Shown here one piece after another: positions 43,287 to 50,633 of a DNA stretch of 50,633 nt. The DNA is from Chloroflexota bacterium (lineage in GTDB: Bacteria > Chloroflexota > Anaerolineae > Anaerolineales > Villigracilaceae): contig JACPVB010000004.1 in NCBI GenBank assembly GCA_016191985.1, forward strand, positions 1 through 50,633. Reading direction: 5' to 3'. Made by a program: the position numbers and the translations under genes. Every line of letters begins with the position of its first letter. The stretch's first letter is position 1. The notes beneath the pieces were generated by a model. That model saw only the letters and a program-made list of their open reading frames with translations. It made no database searches and was not told where the DNA came from.

Positions 43287-45587
43287 CTACGGGAGGGTGT
43301 ATTTAATGATTAACTGTGGGCGGTCGGCTGCCGCAGCGTTTCCGCTATAAATCCTGAGGAAATCCGCGCCAAAATCATGGTTGTCATCTATCTGGAAGCG
43401 CAGGCGGAATTGGGTAATGCCGCTCAAGTTGATGTATTGGAAATTCGCAGTTGTAAACGATTTTGAATACCAGTTATTTACCTTGTCGTTGGTAAAGGAG
43501 AGTAAGTTATTTTTGCTGGCGGCGGCTTTGAAGTCGTTGAGTTGCAGGGCGGGGTTGTTGCTGTATGGGCCCTTGCGGATGTCCGCGAGCAGGCTGCCGT
43601 GGGTGCTGAAGGGCAGTGTCCCTGTTTTGCCTGCATATTTGAACTTGAGTGTGGCAGAGGTAATGACAGCATCATCAGGCAAGGCGGCAGTATTGAATGA
43701 CAGGATGGCGCGATACTGTCGGTTTGCGGAATCATCTCCCAGATTAAGAGTCGAGGCGGTGGAGTTCATAGTTCCGCCGACGTTGCTGGTTTCCGTCGAT
43801 TCCAGTATCCAGCCGTCTTGCGTCGCAGCGCTGATTACTGTTTTGCCGTAGGGATTTTCTCCTGTATATGGAGGGATTACGATCATGGTGATGGAGTTTG
43901 CTGGAAAACCATAGGTAAAACCATTAGGCTCCAGAGGGAGGCTGGGTTGTTGAACAATCGCGTTTAGGTTGGCGGAACTGTACCGGTATACTTTAGCAAG
44001 GCCATCGGGAACGAAATTCATTAAAGAGACATTGCTTGTAATGGCTGTGGAAGTTTTGTTGATTGCTATTACAGTAATTGAGCCGTCCTCGCTGCGTTCG
44101 GCGGCGAATACAGAGAGCTTTGATCGGTCATCGCTTATAGCGCTGATGCTGGTGCCGCCGAATTTACTTCCATTCCCATCGTAATTTCTAAACATTCGAA
44201 ATGCATATGCACCTGGCAGGTTTTCAAAATTGTCGTAACCAAGCGGGTCATTCCCTGGGAGTGGATAATTCCACAGTGCAGCCATATCCACTCCTTCGCG
44301 CCCGAAGATGCCCAGTACTTCCGCCTGCGCCAAAGCCCCGTTAATGTGTTCGAGTCCGCCAAAGTTGTATTCAGTAATTGCAAGCTTTGTACCGGGGTAA
44401 TTATTGTTTATCCATCCATGCATGCGTGGGATCAGTTTTACATACCTCATCTCAGGCGTCTGGTCGTTGCCGCCAATCCAGCTTTCGTCACGATAGGTTG
44501 GGTCCCATAGGGAGCGGGTGGAGCGTAACCGTAAGGCCTGCGTTTCAGCACCTCCGGCCAGTTGCAAAGCAACTCCGCTTTCCGGGTAATAGTGAAGGTC
44601 CAGATAATCCAACAAGCGAACGTCATTTGTCTGCTCATATTGATTCATTTGAGCGAGATACCATTCAACCTGATATTTGTTTCCATGGGTCGCATAGTCA
44701 GGAAAATATGTATACCCATTCTGTGCAGCAATAATCAGGTCGTTATAGGAATACCAGTACCCCGACCAGCCAAAGGCGACATAGCCTAATAAATTTGCGT
44801 TTGGGTCTGCCGCTTTTACGGCTTCTCCGTAATTGATGGATTTTTCGAGCAATTCATCGTACGTTTGATGAGCGGGGTGGATGTCGCGATGGGTATCGCT
44901 CCAAAGTTCTGGTTCGTTATCAAGCGCGTAAAATTTCACGCCGCCGGATGTGGAGGATCCGTAGTCCGATACCATGGTTGATGCCCAATCCTGCATGAAG
45001 GATGGGTTAACTGCAATGCTTGTGTCCAGCGGGTTGTTGCCAGTGACATAACTGCCGTTCTGCCAGACGCCATTTCCACAGGATGGCCGATAAGGGTCCA
45101 CCTCTTGTTGGTTTGGGTAGAGCGCTATGTTGAATCCACAGCTAGTTCCATCTTTAGAGACATATCCAAGCATGGGGATGGTGATTAGGGAGTCCGTATC
45201 TGTACGAATATTTTGTTCGATCCAGTCATTATGGTTTTCAATGGTGTTCCAGTCATAGGCGTTGGTGACTGTTGTGTTTTCGTAGTACCAGTCATTAGCT
45301 GTATTTGTTTTTCCGCTTTGCCAGTTGTAGCGGGAGGTGGCGTTGCCACCCCAGCGACGCAAGGGAAGGTCAATTTCATTTGCAAATGATTCTTTTGCAA
45401 AATTCAATCCATAAATATACGGGCTGATTGAGTGGGCCTGGCTGCCAGCATCAATAATAATGTTGACAGGAGTGGATAGATTAATGTTTGTCGTTGGGTA
45501 AGATGTGGGGAGAAAGCCTTGCGTGGAAAGCAGGCTGACTATAAGCAAGATGGCGAAGAGAGGGCTGACGGTAAATCGATTTTTCAT
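43287..45587 (-). CDS. Secreted glycoside hydrolase family 44 protein with shared C-terminal domain
   Basis: ISPYIYG, RWGGNATSRYNW, LDNEPELWSDTHRDIHP, LDLHYYP and ITEYNFGG (both catalytic Glu present); AGGAG RBS before ATG 45587. Confidence 0.9.
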   Translation of the reverse strand: MKNRFTVSPLFAILLIVSLLSTQGFLPTSYPTTNINLSTPVNIIIDAGSQAHSISPYIYGLNFAKESFANEIDLPLRRWGGNATSRYNWQSGKTNTANDWYYENTTVTNAYDWNTIENHNDWIEQNIRTDTDSLITIPMLGYVSKDGTSCGFNIALYPNQQEVDPYRPSCGNGVWQNGSYVTGNNPLDTSIAVNPSFMQDWASTMVSDYGSSTSGGVKFYALDNEPELWSDTHRDIHPAHQTYDELLEKSINYGEAVKAADPNANLLGYVAFGWSGYWYSYNDLIIAAQNGYTYFPDYATHGNKYQVEWYLAQMNQYEQTNDVRLLDYLDLHYYPESGVALQLAGGAETQALRLRSTRSLWDPTYRDESWIGGNDQTPEMRYVKLIPRMHGWINNNYPGTKLAITEYNFGGLEHINGALAQAEVLGIFGREGVDMAALWNYPLPGNDPLGYDNFENLPGAYAFRMFRNYDGNGSKFGGTSISAISDDRSKLSVFAAERSEDGSITVIAINKTSTAITSNVSLMNFVPDGLAKVYRYSSANLNAIVQQPSLPLEPNGFTYGFPANSITMIVIPPYTGENPYGKTVISAATQDGWILESTETSNVGGTMNSTASTLNLGDDSANRQYRAILSFNTAALPDDAVITSATLKFKYAGKTGTLPFSTHGSLLADIRKGPYSNNPALQLNDFKAAASKNNLLSFTNDKVNNWYSKSFTTANFQYINLSGITQFRLRFQIDDNHDFGADFLRIYSGNAAAADRPQLIIKYTLP

Positions 45588-45685
45588 TCTACTCCTCTGG
45601 TTTAATGCGAATTCCATAATTTGAAAAAAGCATTTTAAGATTGTATTGGCTTATGTGCCAGGATTGTAGGGTACTTAAGTAACGA

Positions 45686-45727
45686 AATAATTCCGCTGCC
45701 TGAAAATTTTCAGGCAGCGGAATTATT
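45686..45727. terminator. Perfect 42-bp palindrome (terminator-like)
   Basis: AATAATTCCGCTGCCTGAAAA/TTTTCAGGCAGCGGAATTATT. Confidence 0.65.
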
Positions 45728-45808
45728 CTATTTTTAAGTTGAAATGCTGCGAGCCAATTAGAAGAACGTAGATTTTGTTTTTTCAAAAGCTTTGGTTGGA
45801 AGGTGTTC

Positions 45809-47953
45809 CTACGGAACGTAGTACTCGATGATCAACTGTGGGCGATTAGATACACCGGCATTGCCACTGTAGATTTTTAGGAAATCCGCGCCAAGATCGT
45901 TGTTGTCATCCTTGGCGAAGCGCAGACGAAATTGAGTAACACCGTTTAGATTGATGTATTGGAAATTAGTCGAGTTGAGGGATTGATAAAACCAATTCCC
46001 CAGTTTCGTATTTGTGAAGAAGAATGCGCTGTTTCTGCTAGGGATAGCTTTGAAATCATTAAGTTGAAGGATGGAATTGTTGCTGAAGGGACCCCTGCGG
46101 ATGTCTGTGAGCAGGTTGCCGTGGGAGCTGAAAGGCAGCGTCCCTGTTTTGCCTGCATATTTGAGCTTGAGTGTGACAGAGGTAATCATAGCATCATCGG
46201 GTAGAGGGGAAGTATCGAATGATAAGGTGGCGCGATACTGTCGGTTGGCGGCATCATCTCCCAGATTAAGAGTCGAGGCGGTGGAGTTCATGGTTCCGCC
46301 GACGTTACTGGTTTCTATCGATTCCAGTATCCAGCCATCTTCAATACCTTGTGAGTAAAGTTTATTGAAAAGATTATTTGCATCCGCTTTGTATTCAGCG
46401 GCGCCAATATCACAATGCTCTCCAGCAGGTCTGATTGTTCCGAATAGATCAATGGCGGGGCAATTTACATCACTTCCGGTGTCAATTGCGGGAGACGCCG
46501 CCAGAATTTTTAGATTTCCAGAATCGGCGTCCAAAAATTGCGGATTCATCCCCGCCAATCCATTGCCATCGTTTCCACTGAATTGTTGATAATCAGAAAA
46601 TGTAGTGTGGGTCGCACCTTTCCAAATCCACGTGCCGTTTGTTCCACCGCCGTTTGAAAAGTACAGGTTGTAATCCACGGTATTGCCAGACATGACAGGA
46701 CTCCAGCTTTCAATGAATTTTTTTGCCGGACCCGAAAAAATAATATTATTCATGATTGTATTATTGCGTGTGTCGTACTGAATATATAGCTCTGCGCCCC
46801 AGTCCCCTTGAGTGGCATTGTTGTAAAGGCTGTTGTTGACGATGGTGCTGTATTCGGTACTGCCGCGCTGTGAATCGTATCCGCCTATCGAAATGCCGGC
46901 CTGGGTGTTGCCATAGATAAAATTGTTCCGCACAGTTATGTAGCTGGTGGACTTGCCCGCGTGCTCGCTTGCCAGTTCTATGCCAAGATTGCAATGATGG
47001 ACTATGTTTTGTTCGAGCGTAATTTGAGTGCCGCCATCCACATAAATGCAACCCGCACTTCTTTCGTTTCCATAAGCCGGGTTGCCGTATGAGTTGATAT
47101 TGTAGACTGTATTTCCGCTAATCACTCCATTGCGAGCCTGATCATAAGCCGGGTCTGGCGATGTTCCCTCAAATCCGATCGCATCTATCCCGATGTTGTT
47201 ACTGTCACGAATAACATTGTTTTTCACCTGAAACCCGTCGACGTTTCCGTTAATCACCAGGGCCTCACTGGAACCTAGTTTCAAGTTGTAAAGCTTGTTG
47301 TTGTTGATAATGATGTTGCTAAGCGGAGTGGAGGCGGATGTGCCGTATATTGCAATTCCATGCGCATCGCCGCCGTTAGCGCCGGTGTAATTTGTTTCGA
47401 TGCCATAAATGGTATTGTTGGTTAATTCAATATGTTCACCGGAGCCGTCGATGAGGATCCCGATTGGGACATGGTTTTTCTGGGTGATCTTGTAATTTCG
47501 GACTGTAAGCCCGCTAATGGTTATGTAGCTCCTGTTTTGGATGTGGATCATGGCTCCCCATCCGGATGGGACGGCTAGATTTGTTCCATCCAAAATGGCT
47601 TGTTCATTTGGATAATTTTGAAAGGTAATACTTCCTTCAGTGGCAGAACCGGAAACGTTGATGTTAACCATCTCCGAGTAGCTGCCTGCTCGTATGCAGA
47701 CCACGTCCCCTGCTTGGGTGGAATTTGCCGCTTTTTGAATGGTTTTCCAGGGTGCGCTGGGTAATGACCCAGTATTATTATTATCTCCATTGGGCGCTAC
47801 ATAGTGAGTGCAGATCGTTTCTGTTTGCGAATTTACCCCGATGTGACCCATATAAGCCTGCGCATTAGCTACCAGACTGAAAATAAACAAACCGCATAAT
47901 ATCACTCCTTGCTTAATTGAATAATGGTTTTTTATCGTGGGGAATATTTTCAT
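45809..47953 (-). CDS. Secreted right-handed parallel beta-helix protein (DUF1565-like start) with shared C-terminal domain
   Basis: YVAPNGDNNNTGS..APWKTIQKA; Asn-ladder repeats; SPAIDTG...CDIGAAE. Confidence 0.87.
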   Translation of the reverse strand: MKIFPTIKNHYSIKQGVILCGLFIFSLVANAQAYMGHIGVNSQTETICTHYVAPNGDNNNTGSLPSAPWKTIQKAANSTQAGDVVCIRAGSYSEMVNINVSGSATEGSITFQNYPNEQAILDGTNLAVPSGWGAMIHIQNRSYITISGLTVRNYKITQKNHVPIGILIDGSGEHIELTNNTIYGIETNYTGANGGDAHGIAIYGTSASTPLSNIIINNNKLYNLKLGSSEALVINGNVDGFQVKNNVIRDSNNIGIDAIGFEGTSPDPAYDQARNGVISGNTVYNINSYGNPAYGNERSAGCIYVDGGTQITLEQNIVHHCNLGIELASEHAGKSTSYITVRNNFIYGNTQAGISIGGYDSQRGSTEYSTIVNNSLYNNATQGDWGAELYIQYDTRNNTIMNNIIFSGPAKKFIESWSPVMSGNTVDYNLYFSNGGGTNGTWIWKGATHTTFSDYQQFSGNDGNGLAGMNPQFLDADSGNLKILAASPAIDTGSDVNCPAIDLFGTIRPAGEHCDIGAAEYKADANNLFNKLYSQGIEDGWILESIETSNVGGTMNSTASTLNLGDDAANRQYRATLSFDTSPLPDDAMITSVTLKLKYAGKTGTLPFSSHGNLLTDIRRGPFSNNSILQLNDFKAIPSRNSAFFFTNTKLGNWFYQSLNSTNFQYINLNGVTQFRLRFAKDDNNDLGADFLKIYSGNAGVSNRPQLIIEYYVP

Positions 47954-48059
47954 TGCATCCTGCCGAGTAAAATTTGTAGTTGAAATTGTGAGTTAGCCGG
48001 ACTTTCTTGTAAAATTATACCCTCCAATGTTAATCGTTTTCTGTTGATAACACACGGCA

Positions 48060-48099
48060 AAATAAAGAGACCCAGCGATTGGACTGGGTCTCTTTATTT
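48060..48099. terminator. Intrinsic terminator after the adhesin-like gene
   Basis: AAATAAAGAGACCCAG / CTGGGTCTCTTTATTT, 16-bp stem. Confidence 0.75.
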
Positions 48100-48142
48100 G
48101 TTTCTGATGCCGCTGAGTGCGATCCCTTTACTTACCTAATTC

Positions 48143-50632
48143 CTACGGGATGTAATACTGAATGATCAACTGCGGACGGTTTGCTGTGCCAGAGTTGCCA
48201 CTGTATAACTTGAGGATGTTGGCGATACTGTTGTTGTTGTCGTCCAGTTTGAACCGCAGGCGGATCTGGGTCAATCCAGAACCTGTACTCACTTTATTGA
48301 TGAAATTCTTGCCACTGGTCAGGTTGATGTTGTACCAGCCGCTTGAGATGGCGGGGCTGTAAGGACCATATGTCTTGTTGGCGGCTGCATTGAAATCGCT
48401 TAACGCAAGTGAGGGCGTTCCAAACGGGCCTTTCTTGATATCCACCATGAAGCCCTGGAATAGGCTGATGGGATTGCCACCGCCAGTAGTACCCTGCCGT
48501 TTGAGTTTGAGCGTCACGTTAGTAAGGACAGCATTATCTGGCAGGGACGCAGTGTTGAAAGATAGGATGATTCGATACTGCTTTTTCAAGGCATTGTCCC
48601 CGAGATTGAAAGTCGTCGCAGCGTTATTCTTCGAACCACCTGTACCGCTAGTCTCGGTGGATTCCAATACCCACCCGTCTTTGGCACCGTCTGAACGGAA
48701 TACTAAAGGAGCCGGTTGTGTGACAGTGAGCGTGCCATTCACATAAGATGTGAATGCGTAGTTATTATCCGAGCCGCCAGAGCACACGATGGGATAAGTG
48801 CTTGGAATTCCATGAGCGCCTGCAACACCGCAAGTTGGAGGAGTGTCAATCACAGACGATGTTTCACTGTTTACAAAACCGCTGTAATTGAAGGTGAATG
48901 CAGGATCAGGAGCGCCGGAAACTTTGGTCTTGTTGTCTGCTGTGACGGTGAGCGGGGCTTTAGTAATGCTCAAGTCATCGCCTACGTAGTTAAGTATGTA
49001 GTTGTCGTTTAGGCTTAGTGTTCCTTGTTGAATCGCATATGCGCCAACATCCTCGCCTGCCACGCGAGTCAGAGCGCCGCTGAAGCTGTCACTGCCTACC
49101 AGAGCCGGAGTAAAGTCATATGTCAAGGTGGGGTCGGCATCACTATAGACTTTTGTCTGTGGGTCGGCGGTAACTGTGATTGCAAGCTGATCAACAGTAA
49201 GACTGCCGCTGGTATATGAGAATTCATATTTATTATCCGAACCACCAGAACAGGTGATTGTATAGGGGCTGCCTACATGGGTAAATGGTCCAGTTGCATT
49301 ACAAGTTGGTTCGACGTCAATATCTGCAGAGGTATCACCACCATCAAAAGGACCGTATGTGAAAGTGTAGAATGCAGGCGCTGGGTCAGGGTCACCGTAG
49401 GTAATAGACTGGTTGTCGGCAGTCACTGTAAGAGTGATCTTATCGTGGACTGTGAGTACTCCATTGACAAAGCTAATGCTGTAGTTTGCGCCTGGGTCCC
49501 CGCCAGAGCAAACAATCGGGTATGTGCCCGTAGTGCTATGATCACCTGAAACACTGCAGGTTGGGTTTGTGACAAAAGTGTCCGGGTTGATAAACCCACC
49601 AGTGTTGAATGTAAAGGCTGGGTCAGGATCACCGGGATTGATAGCTTTATTGTCTGCTGTCACAGTTACAGTTTTAGGGGTGATTTCACCATCGAACACA
49701 TCAAAGAAGGATACGATATAGTTACTGCCGCCGTTTCCATCACTCACTGAACCTGCCGGAGTGAGGGTTTTGCCGGTGCCGACGTTCTTGGTGTCGTAAG
49801 TCTGGGTCCAATTTTCTGTGTCACTGCCTTGAAGAGTGCCGGACGTAATAGTTGGTACACCGGTGGAACTGGTGTTGCCATCGTAGACCTTGCTGCTTGT
49901 AGTTGCAGTAACAGAAATGGGATACGGAGTGATATTCGCTGTAGTGTTGGCAGAATCGTTGACTGTATAGTTGCCCTGATCTGTACCAGAGAGGCTTAAC
50001 CCAGTGGCGGAAACCGTTTTGCCATTGCCTACATGCTTGTTGTTGAATGTCGCTGTGCCGCCGCTATAACTGACATCGTCAAGCCCGACCACGCCAGTGA
50101 GTGAGCGGGATGCAATTGTTGCGCTATTGCCGCCGTCATAAACTTTGTTGTCAGCTGTAATGCTTCCTGTGAGAGCCTTAGGTGAAATTACAAAGTTTCC
50201 AGCTGTGGCATCAGTCACACTATTATAATTTGCTGTATCGGTAGGCGCGAAATCTGCGGTGACAGCATACGTGCCAGCGTCAATCGGTTCAGTTGCAGAA
50301 GCATCATATTGTATGTTGCTGGCTGTGCCAGCTACTGAGCCAGCGACAGTTGCTGCTTGCGCGGAACCGTTATAAATAACAGGTGAGTTGGTTACAGAAA
50401 GCGTCGGGGTGGCCTTGTTGACAGTGACAGTTTGATTACCGCTGCTGGGCAGGAAATTGGAGTTGCCTGTGTACGATGCGGTTATCAAATGGGAACCTGT
50501 TCCAACGGAGCCGGGTGTATAACTCACGGAACAGGTAGCAGTTCCAGCCGCCCCGGATAGTGTACACGGACTGGTTGCGAAACTGCCATTGCTGTTTGTA
50601 TTCCAGCTAACAGAACCAGCAGGTGTGTTTGA
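48143..50632 (-). CDS. Large adhesin-like protein with Ig-like/YDG/MBG repeats and shared C-terminal domain (5'-truncated by window edge)
   Basis: The frame is open to the window end; repeats of KVYDG and 'LTVTADNK...GDPDPAFT...GTYPIVCSG...NY....G.LTV'. Confidence 0.88.
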   Translation of the reverse strand, partial: SNTPAGSVSWNTNSNGSFATSPCTLSGAAGTATCSVSYTPGSVGTGSHLITASYTGNSNFLPSSGNQTVTVNKATPTLSVTNSPVIYNGSAQAATVAGSVAGTASNIQYDASATEPIDAGTYAVTADFAPTDTANYNSVTDATAGNFVISPKALTGSITADNKVYDGGNSATIASRSLTGVVGLDDVSYSGGTATFNNKHVGNGKTVSATGLSLSGTDQGNYTVNDSANTTANITPYPISVTATTSSKVYDGNTSSTGVPTITSGTLQGSDTENWTQTYDTKNVGTGKTLTPAGSVSDGNGGSNYIVSFFDVFDGEITPKTVTVTADNKAINPGDPDPAFTFNTGGFINPDTFVTNPTCSVSGDHSTTGTYPIVCSGGDPGANYSISFVNGVLTVHDKITLTVTADNQSITYGDPDPAPAFYTFTYGPFDGGDTSADIDVEPTCNATGPFTHVGSPYTITCSGGSDNKYEFSYTSGSLTVDQLAITVTADPQTKVYSDADPTLTYDFTPALVGSDSFSGALTRVAGEDVGAYAIQQGTLSLNDNYILNYVGDDLSITKAPLTVTADNKTKVSGAPDPAFTFNYSGFVNSETSSVIDTPPTCGVAGAHGIPSTYPIVCSGGSDNNYAFTSYVNGTLTVTQPAPLVFRSDGAKDGWVLESTETSGTGGSKNNAATTFNLGDNALKKQYRIILSFNTASLPDNAVLTNVTLKLKRQGTTGGGNPISLFQGFMVDIKKGPFGTPSLALSDFNAAANKTYGPYSPAISSGWYNINLTSGKNFINKVSTGSGLTQIRLRFKLDDNNNSIANILKLYSGNSGTANRPQLIIQYYIP

Positions 50633-50633
50633 G

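Noticed and set aside
41363-48710. Shared C-terminal repeats read as diversity-generating retroelement TR/VR pairs
   Set aside because: All copies are coding, the differences are not adenine-specific, and no reverse transcriptase is present.
1-50633. CRISPR array, rRNA, tRNA, transposase or integrase genes
   Set aside because: No regularly spaced repeat-spacer array or recognisable structural RNA gene was seen, and no ORF has DDE, HUH or tyrosine-recombinase motifs.

Overview
This 50.6 kb bacterial chromosomal window is most likely from an Anaerolineales/Chloroflexota genome. That assignment is inferred from gene families, repeat types and leaderless promoters, not from a database search. 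From left to right it contains: the 3' end of ileS; a phospholipid cluster (pcs, GNAT, plsC-like, DAG-kinase family); a dispersed selenium-dependent molybdenum hydroxylase set (mocA-like, yqeC-mocA fusion, yqeB, xanthine-dehydrogenase-family subunits) interrupted by repeat-rich accessory genes; a class II aldolase and a NUDIX gene; two cNMP-domain histidine kinases with a response regulator; a LysM protein; a TPR membrane protein paired with an acidic protein carrying a cationic four-Cys tail; an ArsR-led operon (octaheme tetrathionate-reductase-family cytochrome, a 7-heme paralogue fused to cytochrome b, YeeE/YedE, and a YeeE-rhodanese fusion ending GGGCG); SufR/SufT-like genes; and four tandem extracellular proteins with unrelated N-termini but one shared ~185-aa C-terminal domain. 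Non-coding DNA holds a MITE family with shared ends but exchangeable REP cargo, several REP and heptamer repeat types, a duplicated gene start flanking an inserted methyltransferase, and a possible decayed integron cassette. No rRNA, tRNA, CRISPR array, transposase or integrase was seen. The best candidates for undescribed systems are the OTR/7-heme-cytochrome-b/YeeE-rhodanese operon, the shared-C-terminal-domain protein array and the TPR plus Cys-tail pair.
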